From Octopus vulgaris (Eukaryota), in contig OX597823.1 of the NCBI GenBank assembly GCA_951406725.2, forward strand, positions 23,622,001-23,686,000: 64,000 nt of DNA. The letters run 5' to 3'. Numbering within the stretch: position 1 is the stretch's first letter; every line of letters begins with the position of its first letter. This document shows, in pieces, positions 13,787 to 31,159 of the stretch. The translations under genes were made by a program, and so were the position numbers. The notes under the pieces were generated by a model that saw nothing but the letters and a program-made list of their open reading frames with translations, had not been told where the DNA came from and did no database searches.

Positions 13787-15379
13787 TTCACACACACACA
13801 TACAAAGATAAATTGAGAGATACAACTGAGTGGGCGAAAACAAAAATATGAGACACTGCCTAGTGCTTTTTTTTTATTTTGATAAACCTGGTACTTATTC
13901 TATCAGTTTCTTCTTGTGAAACCAGTAAGTTATGGGGAAGTAATAAACGAATACCAGTTGTGAAGCAGTGATGAGGGAGAAACACAAAGACACACACATA
14001 GACTTACATATATACATACATATATATACAATTGATTTCTTTCAGTTTCTGTCTACAAAATCCATGGATAAGGCTTTGGTTGGTGTGAGGCTATAGCAGA
14101 ATACACATGCCAAGTTACCACACAGTGGGACCATGTGTTTTGGAACCAAGTTTGTTACCACATAGCCACACCTGTACCTATGTATGTGTGTGGGTGTGGC
14201 TGTATGGGTCTATGGGTTTATATATGTATGCATGCATATATGTGTATATATATATGTACTTATTACATGTACATCTATATATATACATCTACACATACAT
14301 GTATACATATACATGTATACATATACAGCTATACATGTACATGTATACATATAAAGCTATACATATAAAGCTATACATATACATGTATACATATACATCT
14401 ATATATATATACATGTATATATATATATATACATTAATATATATACATGTATACATATATATATATATACACACATCCATATATATACATCTATATATAT
14501 ACATCTATATGTATATATATATATCTTTTTTTTCTCTTTTTCTCTTTTACTTGTTTCAGTCATTTGACTGCAGCCATGCTGGAGCACCGCCTTTATTCTT
14601 TGTAAGCCCAGTACTTATTCTATTGGTCTCTTTTGCCGAACCGTTAAGTGACGGGGACGTAAACACACCAGCATCGGTTGTCAAGCAATGCTAGGGGGAC
14701 AAACACAGACACACACACACACACACGTACATATATATATATACATATATACGACAGGCTTCTTTCAGTTTTCATCTACCAAATCCACTCACAAGGCATT
14801 GGTCAGCCCGAGGCTATAGCAGAAGACACTTGCCCAAGATGCCACGCAGTGGGACTGAACCCGGAACCATGTGGTTGGTTAGCAAGCTACTTACTACACA
14901 GCCACTCCTGTGCCTATATATGTATATATATATATATATATATATACATGTAATTATTAATATAAAATAATAAGGGTGAAAAATTGAATATTAATTTGAT
15001 TAATATGAATTAAAAACCAGTGGTGTAGCATATAAGACCACAATGTCTCTTCTAGCAAAATGGATGTCCACTGTTAATGGTTCATCCCTGTTATATAATA
15101 GTTTCACTTTAATAGTTTCAGTATTGAAGTGAAAGTATCTGACATTACAATAGAGAGATGTTATTGTTTCACTTTTAACACATAATACTGAAATAGTGGA
15201 AAAGATATGATATTGCTGTGGGCTCGCCATAGGCAAGAAGTTAAAAATTTTGTTTGCCCATGACACTGCATGGACCCTAGTTAAGGCATGTGTAAAATTT
15301 GAATGAAATTGGTTGTGTAGTTCTCAAGTTTTAGGGATTCACACAGACAGACACACATTCTCAGTATTATATATATAGA
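12466..15379 (-). mobile_element. Putative non-autonomous Helitron-like element containing nested SINEs
   Basis: Minus-strand 3' end CTAG|T with an adjacent imperfect hairpin (ctagcagagatacccggcattgcc on +). 5' end A|TC at ...cagacagacacacattctcagtattatatatatagat. Ends resemble those of the element at 27640-28729. Confidence 0.5.
14540..14915 (-). mobile_element. tRNA-derived SINE (octopus-type), near full length; older copy at about 13860-14180
   Basis: Reverse complement of the copies at 40403-40800 and 43376-43805: A-box-like gtggctgtgtggtaag, B-box-like ggttcagtccc, internal (TA)/(TG) tract. Confidence 0.8.
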
Positions 15380-15559
15380 TATATGAAAATAAAGAATAAG
15401 TAAGCAATTCTGAAATGGTTACACAAAAGGCTGCATCAAATTAATGATATAACATAGAGATATAAGTTGCCAAAAATCATTAGTGAAGAACTCAAAACCT
15501 TTGAATCATCCTGTTATGTACACATGTAGATAGATAGATAGATTAGATTAGATTAGACT

Positions 15560-18500
15560 CACCTGAACTCAACCTAATTCAACTGGAACAAGAAACAGAC
15601 AATTTAACTGTAGCAAAGTATCAGTGTACAGAGACATGAGAAATGAAGCAGTAAATATAGAACTTCATTCACAAGAAGACATTGACGCCTTCTGGTGTGA
15701 AAATTTTGGAGTGAGGGGGAGTTTAAGTGAGAGGCTCTGTGGCTGGGGGAAATTCAAAGTGATTATTGTCCTGTTACACCCAAGACATACAGCTGTGAGG
15801 ATGACACTCTTGTGACTATAATTCAGTACCTCAAAGGATTTGGTTGTTGGATACCAGTACAAGAAGGAAACCTTCCACTGACCATTCTTTATCAACCTGT
15901 ACTATCAATATCTCAATGGGAATAGTGGCATACCACACAGGTTAGCTCTGACAAAGACAAAACTGATCCATCAAAGCAGAACCACCCACATGACAAAAAA
16001 CTACTTGTCAAATGCATGCCAGAACTTAATATGTAAAATATATATAGCATGTTTAAACCTCTTCCACCAAGACCATTGTGAAAGTACTAACATCTTCACA
16101 GTAGAACAAGTATCTGGTGAGAAGGGAGTTTGGTGATGGGCTGAGCAATTGCTGATAAACAAAACTTTTATGCCAGAGGTGTAACAACATATAAGGAACC
16201 TGGTTTCAGTGTGGTTGGACTACAAGTAAGCCTTTGACTTTGTCCTACATTCGTGGATGCTAGAAGCCCTTTGGCTTGATGAAATTTCAGAGAACATAGT
16301 CAAAGCCATAACTGATTTGATTTCATCCTGGGCCACCATCTTTGAGTTAAATACATGGAGTGATTGTATTGTCACAGATAAAATAGAGAATCATAGTATA
16401 TTCCAAGGGGACAGCCTCTTTGTAATGATGTTCATATTTTCAATAAAACTTTTGTCATCTATGTTCAGAAAGTGTGAAGCATATATCTCATTGCTTCACA
16501 AGTAGACAGAAATACCAAAATTACACACTGTTTCTTTCTGAATGACTTGAAACTGTATACCAGGGATATGCATGAGATGAAAAAGAGCCTTGACTTGGTT
16601 ACAATATTTTCAACTGATAAAGGGTTGGAATTTGGTCTGAATAAATGAGGAAAAACTGTAAGCCAGACAAGTAGCATCTCCATTAATGACTTGACTGTTT
16701 CTCCTGTATCTAATGAAGACTGTTACAGATACCTAAGGGTAGATGAAAACATATCTTATGATTGTATCTGTACCAAGGAACTTGTTACTAAAGAATACAA
16801 CAGCTGGATAAGGAAAATATGGATTTTAGAACTCTCTGCATCCAATAAAACACTGGCCTCCAATTCGTTTGCAGTATTCAGCATTTGGTCTACTTGATTG
16901 GATGCTTGATGAGATTGAAGCCATTGATGTGAAAACCTAGGAGATACTGACTAGCACAAATAATTTCCACATCAACAGTAATACAGACAGCATCTACCTT
17001 AAAAGAAAACAAGGAGACAAAGACTTAACATCAATCCAGACTACCTTTAAATGTAACATCATATTCTTTCAGTAGCACCTTTTAACCACCAAGTATTGAG
17101 TGGATCCTTTTAACCAAGTTTGTGTACACAAAGATAGCATCAGGAGACTTAGAAAGTAGCTATTCCAGAAACACCCCTTGTCTGATAACCTTGAGTATGT
17201 GCACAAAGAAGTTGAACAACTCTACTGCAATGTACCATCAGATGAAAAAAAAGGATGAGTACATATCAACAGATCATGCATGGACATGTTAGCAGAAGGC
17301 TCCAGGATGACAACAACATTGATAATCAAAATTGTCTTTTGTAGACCAAATACCAGATCACTGACTCTCACTTTGAAGGGTATGTGTTTGCAATTCAAGA
17401 ACAGGAAATAGCAACCAAATTTCAAATGCACAAAATGGACACAGAAGTGGGTAAAACACCAAAATGTGATAACCAATGCAGATCTTGTAGAGTTAACACT
17501 GAACATACTACCCACATCATAAGCAGTTGTCCAAAATGTTAGCATGTTATTAGCTATCAATGAGACATGATACTGAACTGTGAGTTATGTCAGAAGAATA
17601 ATCCTTAGACTGAAGAGATAAGAACCCAGTATGTGGTCACTCAATACATAAAAGGGCACTTGTGGAATATCACAGTGAAAACTCCAATAAAATGTAAAAT
17701 ATAACAGAGCAGACATAGTAATTCAAGACAGAGAAGGGAAACTATGTTCAGTAATGTAAATCAGTTGCCCAGAGGGTGTCAGCATAAAGCTAAAGATCAA
17801 TGGAAAAGAAAACACCTACACAGAACTATTGAGAAATTAAAAGTTCAGATGACAACCTGTAATTATTGGGTCACTAGGATATGTAACAAACTTTCTAAGC
17901 ACCAATCTTGAGATATTAAAAATTTCAAAACCAGTAAGTGAGCAACATCATATGAGTTGGCAGTGAACTCCTCAAGAAGTACTCTCTTCCTGATGATCTC
18001 CTATACAACCCCAAAACAGCTGAGCTCTCTTACCTCAGAGAAGACCTGGCTGGAAATAACTCAACATACAACATATAAAAAAACCATGCACAGGTATGTT
18101 GCCTGGGAGCTTGAAGAAGACAGTTGAATTGACATGAAACGCAGCCTCTTTTGGACACAAGCCCACTACATCACATCACACTATGAAGGCTATGCATTTG
18201 CAATCCTGGAACAGGAGATTGCCACAAAGTACCCGATGAACAAGAGTGACAGTGATACTCTTGTAATCCCAAGGCGCAACTGTATGTGTAGGCTCTGTCA
18301 TGTTTCTGTGGAAGGCATTACACATGTGACTAGCAGCTGTCCTAAAATGTCGATACGGTACTACCTCCCTATGCAGCACAATATTGTTGCTAAAACAATT
18401 TACAATGCCATCTGCAAAAAAGACTTTCCTGAAATAAACTTAGAAAATCCCTCTGTTATGGAATACATTCATAAACACCAACTCAAGGAATACTGATGGA

Positions 18501-18900
18501 ATATTCCCATCAAAACTTGTGTCAAATGTAAGTATAACAGGCTGGATATTGTTGTTTGGGACAGAGTGGTAAAGGTATATACCATCATAGAGGTTAGCTG
18601 CCCTTGAAACCTCCAGCTTTTATATCAAGACTATGAATTCATATTCATACCAATAATAATTGGAGCACTAGGTTTTATTAATAAATGCTGAAAGGAGAAT
18701 CTAGATAAACTGAGATTTTCAGTAAGAGAAATTGACTGGCTAATTTGTATATTACAAGTGCAATCTGTGAGTGAAACAGTAAAAATATGCAAGTCTTTTC
18801 TCAAGTTCCAAATGTGAATTTGTCTGTGTTAACTATATCCCAAAGATAGAACTCTGTATCTTTGTTGGAAACAGGCTCCCTCCTCAGTGAAAGATTTATG
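15560..18900 (+). mobile_element. Two decayed R4/Dong-like (RLE-type) non-LTR retrotransposon fragments
   Basis: Residual RT motifs (IFQGDSL, F.LNDLKLY, YRYLRVDE) and a C-terminal CRLC..EGITHVTSSCP zinc knuckle. The RLE region occurs twice (about 17350-17930 and 18130-18820). Homologous to the ORF at 59152-61572. Confidence 0.7.
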
Positions 18901-19106
18901 ATAATTAAAAAATAGAAGAGACATGCATGCGTGCATCCATCTATTCATGGATGCATTCAAGTGTGTATGTATTTATATCTGTGTCCAAATTTCTTCAGTT
19001 TTACTCCCTCCATATCTTTTATTGTAACATTGTCACTATCTCCTCATTCTCAACCATCTCTTAGCATATGTGCATCATTGATGCCAACTTTTCTTATCAA
19101 TTTCAG

Positions 19107-19277
19107 ATTATCAAAAAATTGAATGTGGATTGCCAAAAGACATTAATGGTACATCCAAGTCCTTCAAAACCACCACTTATAAATCTGAAGTCATCTATAC
19201 TTGCCGAAAGGGAGAACAAGTAAAATCGACATGTGGAAAGGATGGCAATTGGAGTACAGTAACAGAAACATGTAAAG
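19107..19277 (+). CDS. Exon S2: Sushi/CCP domain
   Basis: tttcag acceptor, G|gtaatg donor, 171 nt. DYQKIECGLPKDINGTSKSFKTTTYKSEVIYTCRKGEQVKSTCGKDGNWSTVTETCK. Confidence 0.9.
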
Positions 19278-19657
19278 GTAATGTAACTAGCTTCTCTCTT
19301 GTCGCTAAGAAATTTTGTTTTATTTTTGTGTTAATTACCTTTGTCAATGGAAGATTGGCTGATGCATGACAATTTTCCACAGTGATTGTTGTTGGAGAGA
19401 GGGAGAAAGGCAGTTTTCCTAAGTCTAGAGACATCCCAAATGCTTGCAACAGAGAGGATTTCATTAATTCTATCTGTGGGCCAGGTAATGCTATTGACTT
19501 AGTGACACATTAAGTCTGCTGAAAAAGAGCTTGAAGTCTAGAAACTTGTCTTGTGAAGTAAATATTTAAAAACAGACAAAACTTCACCTACCTCCACATT
19601 GTTGCTGATAACCAGCTATATCTCAACTCATCTTGGTTGTTCTTCTCAATTTCTAAC

Positions 19658-22600
19658 TGCTGTAGTGAAAATGGTACATCTTTTCCCATGTGACAAAGTG
19701 GTATGATTTAGCCACTAAAAAGTCAGGCAGTCAGTCTTAATAAGAGGTCAGTAGTAGTAGAGTTGTATGAGTTGGCGTCAATGTCAGTTATGTGATATAT
19801 ATGAGTTTGAGTTACTGTCAACGTAGATGTTTCAAAGTTGTCTTGTGGAGCTATCAGTGATAGCATGATAAACGAGATAATAAGATTCGGAATACCTCCA
19901 TAATATAATAGTGACAACAAGAATTACAGTGCCTACAACACAATGCAAGTGGATGAGGATCTACATTATAACAGTGGCGATGAGGATGTAAACAATTCAC
20001 AGTGAAAAAAAATTTTTTTTATCACAAGAAAACAAATAATTTACGCGGATGACATTGAAAAATTTTTCACATGGAGAAATTAAAAACTTGACAGAAGAGT
20101 AACAAACATTTTTGTATATATTTTACAAAAAATCCATAAAATTATGGAAAACTTGTTAGAAAGTTTAGTTGAGTTGCAAAAACAGCAAAATCCTATCCTG
20201 GTTGTAACAAGAACAACAACAAATGTTACAGCAACTAATGAAGTTGATAAAAGAACCGAAAAATACGTTTTCACCAGACCATGAAGCGGAGTCAATAAAT
20301 GAATTTAAATATGTCCCGGAAGAAGGAATCACTTTCGAGACATATTACCACAGATTTGAATGAACCAATTTTCAAAAGAGAATGCCAGGACTGGATTAAA
20401 TGACTGTACAGTAAAAGCTGTTTTGTTTGGCAGATTTCAGTCGATTCTCTTTTTATTTTATATATAATATATATATATATATATATACACACACAATTAC
20501 ATGTAAGTACATCAGGAGTAATTTCCCTTGGTCAATGAAAAACTTGAAACATATATAGTGGAATGTTATGTCTAGTTTTTGGGCTAAAAGTCTATCCGTC
20601 AAGAAGTGACAGGAATCATATTGCTAATCTAGTCCATTGAATCTACACTAGAGAAAGAGGTTTATGACTTAAGGCCATTATTGAGAAGTATAACGTATTT
20701 TATCATTAGTGCAAGAACGTCAAAATACAAGGCGTGTGAGTTTGAGTTGACACAGCTTCCAGGTGTGCTCTCCACTAACTAAAATCAGAAAAAATCCCAG
20801 CTTTTATAACTTCACATGGAAGTTTCTAGAAACGTTCCAAAATATCACATAGAATAATTCTGGCTAAAACATAGAGTGATTTTAGCTGAAATTATTTCAT
20901 CAAAAGGGAGATCTTGTTTTAAATTAGTTTAGTTTTCATTACCTAGAGCTGTGAAACAAAATACCTTTTGCTACAACTGTTTACTTGAACACAACTGTCC
21001 ATTACCAATGAGTGTCAAATTGTTACAAGTATTTTTAGGCTTGGTAAACTACTATCAAGTATATATCCTGAACATACACAACATAAAGGCTCCACTAAAC
21101 GAGCTGTTAAAAAAGAATATCAAATGGTTTTGGTCAGAAAAAGTCACAAGGCATTTGAGGAACTAAAAGGTGTGTTAACTTCAGACTTGAGGAACTAAAA
21201 AATATGTTATCTTGAGACTTATTGCTTAATCACTTTGATTCAAAGTTGGAAATGGAAATGACACTGGCAACAGATGCTATTACCAGTGGAAAAAAATTAT
21301 AGCCAAACTGAAAAAGAGGCATTGGCGATTATATTTTGCATAAAAAGTTCCACAGGTTTATACATGGTAGACGGTTTAGATTACAGACTATTGCCCATTG
21401 CTAATGATTTATGGATCCAAGAAATGTATCCCAGTACATACAGCAAACAAGTTGCAACGATGGAGCACCACACTACTAAACTATGATTACATAATGGAAT
21501 ATTTAACTTCGAAAAAGCTAGGACATGCTGATGGCCTATCCAGGTTAATACCCAGAAATGGCAAACCATTCAAGGACACATTAATAGCAGCCCTAAGAGC
21601 CGAAGGGGAAATTAAACACGTAATGTGGTACTTTGTACAAGAGTTACCAATAAATCTGGAGGAGATAAAGTGACATGTGTCAAAAGGCAAGTTCATTAAT
21701 GAAATGCAAAAAATTCTGTGGTCAGCGAAAGAAAACAAAAAAATGTTCAGTAAGAAGAAAACAACAAGATGTAAACATATATTCAACATGCGATGGCGTA
21801 TTGATGTATGACCAAAGGGTAGTAATACCTGAGACTCTACAAAGAAGAATATTGAAAGAATTCCATATTCAGCATTTGGGCATTGCAAGTATGAAAGCAC
21901 TTACATGCAGTTATGTATTGGTCGAAGATGGACAAGAAAGTAGAAAACGTAATAAAAGGCTGCAGCGAAATTGCCTACTCAAAGATAGATACCTTGGCCA
22001 GAAGTAAAAAGTCCATAGACAAGACTACATATTGATTTTGCAGGTCTGTTAAATGGTTATTACTACTTAGTAGTAGTTGACAATTTTACAAAATGGCTAG
22101 AAATTGTTAAGTGCAAAACACCAACCTCTGCAACGGTAATAAATTTTTTGCATGAATTATTCCCAAGATTTGGCATCCCATATGTGATTGTATATGATAA
22201 TAGAGCACAATTTTTGTCCAGTGAAATTAGGAAAATTCTGCGAAATGTTCACAGTACAATATAAAATGATAGCGCCTTACTATCCCACATCAAATGTACA
22301 GACAGATCATTTTATGGACATTTTTAAAAGAGCTTTGAGAAAAGCAAACAAGGAAGCTAGAGACAAAGTCACTCTGCAGCAATTCCTAAGGGTATGCAGG
22401 ATGACACCGAAACCCAATACATCAGCAGAAAGCTTGCCAGCTGAACTGAAGTTTGAGAAAGGTGAAATCAAGTTTTGATAAAGTATTCCCTAGCAAGGAA
22501 AAAGAAAGTACCAGGAAAGACCAACCAAAAATTTTCAAAATTGGTGATAAGGTATACTTGAGGTTTTACAAAAACAGAAAACAATCCTGGGAAGAAGGAA

Positions 22601-23262
22601 AAATTACAAAGCATATAGGAAAAGTGATGTACAGAAATAAAAGCAGAAAAGGTATTGAGAAAAAATGCAGAAACCAGTTGAAGAAGAGCTTCATAGAAAA
22701 TGAACCAGACAAATTGGAAGACCCTATGGAATGGCTGTAAGACACATTCTAGGTACCAAATCCATTACAGATGGTTGAACCCATGTGTACAAGCGGAAGA
22801 AAAAGGTAGAACACAGAGTTCCTACAAAGAGACGCCAAAAAAGAAAAAAAAAATAGGGAGGAAGGGTGAATAAAGTAAAATTACTTGCTTTCCCCCCAAA
22901 ATTAAAAAAAAATAAAAGGGGACATGTTGTAGTGAAAATGGTACACCCTTTCCTACATGACAAAGTGGTATGACTCAGCCACTATAAAGTCAGACAGTCA
23001 CTCATTGTAAGGGTCAGTAGTAGTAGACTCATTCTATGAGTTATCTGTTGGAGTCAGTGTCAGTTACATGATATATATACGAGTTTGAGTTACTGTAAAG
23101 GTAGATATTTCAAAGTCATTGTCTTGTGGAGCTATCAGCAATAGCATGATAGATGAGTCAAAGATAATAAGACGCAAAATATCGCCACAACATAATAGTG
23201 ACAACAAGAATATTACAGTGCCAACAACACAATACAAGTGGACGAGGATCTACATTATAACA
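19658..23262 (+). mobile_element. Gypsy/Ty3 LTR retrotransposon (Mag-like), internally deleted and decayed
   Basis: LTRs 19658-19973 and 22925-23262 (TG...CA). PBS-like tggcgatgagg follows the 5' LTR and PPT aaaataaaagggg precedes the 3' LTR. TSD ctaac/cttac. RNase H remnants (EKNYSQTEKEALAIIF, HADGLSR) and integrase remnants (RLHIDFAG...VVVDNFTKW). Confidence 0.9.
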
Positions 23263-23501
23263 CTTACTTGACTTTTCCGACTCATTCTTTGTGTAATCAT
23301 CCAAAATATTGTACAATATAATGCTCTTAGTCCTTCTTTACTAAAAAGTTAGCCCTTCTTTGGCCAATAAATTATGATATCAGCCAAATGTAGAGACCAA
23401 ATTAATTCATTCCTACCTCAAAGTTTTGATCTAGTTTCTATGTTGGGAACTAATTGTATTGTCATTATTTTTCATTGACTTAAATTTTACTTTAACTTTA
23501 G

Positions 23502-23741
23502 ATATTCAGATCTATTTTATGAAAGTAAAAGATGCAGTTTTGGATGTATCTGGGAAAACATTATGGAGTAAGAAACCTGTAACAGCAGATGCCTGTGCAA
23601 AACAATGTTTATCTGACAAAGATTGTTTATCATTTGAACTAAATAAAAAAAGTGGACTCTGTTACTTATCAAAGCAAACTGCTGCTTCCTCCAAGAAAAT
23701 AAAATCAGACAAAAGCAGTGATTACTACCAACGAATAAAAC
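23502..23741 (+). CDS. Exon A2: PAN/Apple-like domain (type A)
   Basis: ctttag acceptor, C|gtaatt donor, 240 nt. DIQIYFMKVKDAVLDVSGKTLWSKKPVTADACAKQCLSDKDCLSFELNKKSGLCYLSKQTAASSKKIKSDKSSDYYQRIK. Confidence 0.9.
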
Positions 23742-24329
23742 GTAATTATTCTTTGTATTTATTATTCAAATTCTCTTTTCCTGAAATTTGTAATCAACAG
23801 ATATACCTGTAATAATAGACATGTAATAATAGTATTAAGAACCTGAAGTACTTTTAAGGTATTCTTATACAGCATTTCTTTAGCTTGAATACTTTTATAT
23901 GTGCTTTCACTTGTTTTCTTTTTTTATAAGAAAAGAAGCCCTTGTTACTTTTACAAAACCTGAATAGTTGTATTAGTTGTCGTCATAGTTGTAGTAGCAG
24001 CAGCAGCAACAGGAGTAGTCACAACTGCTTTCACTTCATTTATTTATGTTTTGCATGCCTTAGATGGTGTATTATGGCACAGATTGTCACCATTGGTTAC
24101 TGTCCTTCATGATCTGATACACCAAATAACACAAAATGTAATGTCAATCTACATAATTGTAATTTCCTATATTTTGGTATGGTTATTATGACAGGAGGCC
24201 CTTTATATCACCACTCATTACATGACATGAAGATAGTACATTTTCTCATGCTACTAGAATCAGAGAAGTTGTCTGCTGAGGCTTAAGAATCCTCTCTGCT
24301 TGAAATAAGTTTCTATTCAGAGGAGTTCC

Positions 24330-27222
<2,893 letters not shown>

Positions 27223-27223
27223 A

Positions 27224-27263
<40 letters not shown>

Positions 27264-27269
27264 GCTTTT

Positions 27270-27620
27270 ATCTCTTTCATCTTTCACCTGTTTCACTCAT
27301 TAGACTGTGGCCATGCTGGAGCACTACCTTGAATTTTTAGCTGAATGAATAGATCCTGAAACTTATTCTATCAGACTCTTTTGCCAAATTGCTAAATTAT
27401 GGGGACATAAACACACCAACATTAGTTGTCAAGTGGACGTGGACAAAGACAGACAGACACATGCACACATGTATGACAGTGTTCTTTCTGTTTCCATCTA
27501 CTGGATCCTCTTGCAAGGCTTTGGTCAATGTCAAGACTATAGTAGAAGACACTTGCCCAAGGTGCCATACAGTGGAGGTGAACTTGGAACAATGTGGTTG
27601 GGAAGCAAGCTTCTTAAATA
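27270..27620 (-). mobile_element. Decayed tRNA-derived SINE
   Basis: Similar to 14540-14915 (gaagacacttgcccaaggtgcc, ggccatgctggagcac). Confidence 0.7.
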
Positions 27621-27639
27621 TTTTTAAAATATTAGATAA

Positions 27640-28729
27640 CTAGCAGTAATACCCATCATTGATTGGGTAATTACATTTACTGTTTCTTGAGCCGAAGAGC
27701 TAGAAAAATGGGTATATCATATAGAAGAATACCTTTACAGAATCTAGTTGACTGCAATGGCACTGAAAAGACTACAGGTTAAGTGGAACATCACTGTTCA
27801 TATAGAATAAGCATTGCACGTTGTGTTTTTGTTTGGTGTTCATTTTTTTACAGTCTTTTTTTTAGTAGACAGTTTTGATGAGGAATATCAGTAAGTAATA
27901 GTGAAATGAAATTACAAATGCTGTGTCAATGCACAATTAGTGTTGTGCCATTGCATAATTTTTATTGAGACAAATTAGGCAATTGCATAATAGGAGATAT
28001 AGAAAAAGCATTGCACGATGTGCGTTTGTTTGGTGTTAATTTTTTGATGGTCTTCTTTCATAGACATTTTTTGGATTTGGAATATCAGTTAGTAGTAGTG
28101 AAATGAAATTACAAATGCTGTGTCCTGTCAGTGCTAGTGCTGAAATTCCAATGCTATATTACAGGAATGTATGGTAAGGTGACAGTAAATAATAGTCAAA
28201 TGAAATTACAAATGCTGTGTCCTGTCAGATTTAGGTTTAGTTGTCCTGTATGTGTGTATTATATAAGAGAAAAACATGTAATAATTGAAGTAGAAAAAAA
28301 TGGATTTCATATACGAACTTCTGTTTGTTCTTCAAGTAGCACCCCAGTAACTTTTAGTGTTTGGCTCTGACTTTTATTAATGCTCATGGCAAAAGATAGT
28401 GGGATAGGAAACTGTAAGAGCTTAAATCTGAATTGAACATTAGATGGTATAACTGGTATGTGAGGAATGAAGACAGTGTCATGTTTACCACAACCAGTGA
28501 GAATATTTGCATCAATGTAGTTCATCATAGGTTTGTGCTCAATTAGTGTTGCCTCCCTTGAACCGCTTACTTTCATTTTATAGGATGTTTACCACAACCA
28601 GTGAGAATATTTGCCTCAATGCAGTTTGTCATAGATTTGTGCACAGTAATTGTTGCCTCCCTTGAACCATTTATTCTCACTTTATGGAACAAACACAAAC
28701 AGACAGAATCTCTTTTTTATATATGTAGA
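27640..28729 (-). mobile_element. Non-autonomous Helitron carrying a Pif1-helicase fragment
   Basis: ORF 28307-28576 contains VFIPHIPVIPS...LQFPIPLSFAMSINKSQSQTL (Pif1/RepHel motif FAMTINKSQGQT). Minus-strand ends are A|TC and hairpin (taccc...gggta) + CTAG|T. Internal short duplications. Confidence 0.75.
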
Positions 28730-29363
28730 TTATTTATGAATACCAGTAATTGAAATTTTGAATAAAATATGTGTAAACCATCCAATGTAGTATTGTTTAC
28801 AAATGGACAATTTATTACAAAAACATGAACCATTCAGAATAATTTGTTCAAGTCACCTCTCTCAGAATTAATGTGAATTCTCCTATATCATGAAACATAC
28901 ATGAAAGCTCACCTGAATGTTTTAGTTGTAGATAATCCATTTGTACATGCTGCTTCTGATGATGCACTTGTGTTTAAGACTAGATGGCCAGAACAACACT
29001 TGATGCTTTGGTTGACCATCTGTTTTAAGTAATATCAACTTTACTAAAGCACATCATTAGAGAACTGTAGAAATGTAAAGCTGAGACAAGGTTTCAAATA
29101 AGTCAGAAGATGTTCTACAATTCATATGTATTCTGATTAGTGTATCATATTGTGGAACAATTATTTGCTTATAATAAATTGTCCATTTACAAAATTATGC
29201 ATCAGATGCTTAACAACATCTAATGTTAGAAAATATGTGTGTGATGTGTTTGTATGTCTGTGTGCATGTATGCACATGTGTATGACTATGTGTGTGTGCA
29301 TGTGTGTTTGGCTGGGTGGACGAGTATAAAATGTATTTTTTTGTTCCCTTTTTCTTTTTCCAG

Positions 29364-29597
29364 CCAGTAACAAGACTGTTTCATTCAAAAGAGTAGTCAC
29401 AGATGGGCAGAATAATATCGGACAACTTAAGAAGGTGGAGTTAAAGGATTGTGAACTAGCTTGCCATTTATATCAAGGATGTAGATCTTATGGGTACAAT
29501 GATAAAGCTAAGACGTGTGGTTTGAGTAATATAACTCACTTGACTAGTGAACTTAAGCCCACCTATGAAAATTGGGATATTTACTTAATTAACCCAG
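29364..29597 (+). CDS. Exon B3: PAN/Apple-like domain (type B)
   Basis: ttccag acceptor, G|gtcagt donor, 234 nt. SNKTVSFKRVVTDGQNNIGQLKKVELKDCELACHLYQGCRSYGYNDKAKTCGLSNITHLTSELKPTYENWDIYLINP. Not in the ORF track; translated by hand. Confidence 0.9.
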
Positions 29598-29675
29598 GTC
29601 AGTAAAATATTTGTTTTATTTATTGTGTGTATATCCGGTTGTATTTACATATACATATGTGTGTGTGCACGTGCT

Positions 29676-29734
<59 letters not shown>

Positions 29735-29737
<3 letters not shown>

Positions 29738-30420
29738 CTAATATGCTCTGCTCTATGTGCAATGTCAGTGTACATGTACAACAGAGTATAAGTGTCTTGA
29801 GAAAAATTAGGCATCAGATGTAGTATGCAAGAGAAACGAATGCACTGGTATGGTCATGTGATGTGTATGGATGAGGATAGCTGTGTAAAAAAGTGCTGAT
29901 CTGTAATTGTGGAGAGAATTTGTGGAAGAAGTAGACCCAGGAAGACATGAGACAAGGTGGTGAAGCATGATTTTTGAATGTTGGGTCTCATGGAGCTGAT
30001 GTCAAGTGATCATGACCTTTAGTATTTGCTGAGCTTGAGAAGACTCATCAAGCCAAGTGAAATTGCAGTTGTGGCCACAGTGGCACATAACAGCATCTGT
30101 GGTGGTGACATGTAAAAGCTCCCATGCTGGTGACATGTAGAAGCACCAGTGCCAGTGATATGTAAAAGCACCCATGCCAGTGACATGTAAAAGGCAGTAA
30201 CTATACTGTCAGGGTGCTTGGCGTTAGGAAGGGCATCCACCTATAGAAACCAAGCCAAAATAAGACTGGAACCTAGTGCAGCTCTCCAGCCTACTAGTAT
30301 GATCCACTGGATGTGCAATGTCAGTGCACATGTACAACAGAGTATAAGCATCTTGAGAGGAAAATTAGGTTTAAACGGCATCAAATGTGGTGTGCAAGAG
30401 AGATGATTGTAATGCGTATA
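29735..30420 (+). mobile_element. RTE-like LINE 3' fragments (partly duplicated)
   Basis: Matches 53035-53790 (gcactggtatggtcatgtgatg..., ttaggaagggcatcc). Confidence 0.7.
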
Positions 30421-31159
30421 GAAGTGCTGATCTTTCTGGCCAGGTAAGCATGTACTTCCTCTGTAGCAAGACACCTGTTTCTGCTTCTCTGTCTCCCTGT
30501 CACACTAACCTTTCATCATCTGACACAAAATCCCTTCCTCCAATACTCCCTCCCTTCTCAAAACTCCTTCTCTTGCAAGTTACTTGATGATCCTACCAGT
30601 GCTGGAAGAGAGAAGTACTTCTTCCAGTGTCTTCCGAGATTTTACTCTCCTACAAGTTCTAACTACTTTGAGAGATGGGTACTTCTTTATGGAGCTGTCA
30701 GCATCCATCCAAACACATGACAGAAACCTTTGGTTGCCAGACAGCAGTAAAATCTCTCAAAATTTTATCCATCCCCTCTTATTGTATGTATGTCATTATG
30801 CAGTTTTATTTCAAGATTTCTTGCTAATAGAGAAAGATCTGGTTTCAAACCTAGATCCAAGGCTCCTTCATTGGAATTTCAACAACATCAACAGGGTATT
30901 TTTGTATATATATGAGCATATTTGATTGTAAGTAAATATGCAGATTTGTATGTTTTGTTTTATGTATGTATACACACACACCCATCCGTCTGTTCGTCCG
31001 TCCGTCCGTCCGTCCGTCTGTCTGTCTGTAGGTGTATGCGTACTTCTTCCGTTTGTTCCAGTCAATATATTTTATTTCAAACTTGTCATTATCTTCTCAT
31101 TTTCACTCTCCTCCTAACATATATTCACTGTTGATCTCAAATTTTCTTTTTATTTCTAG

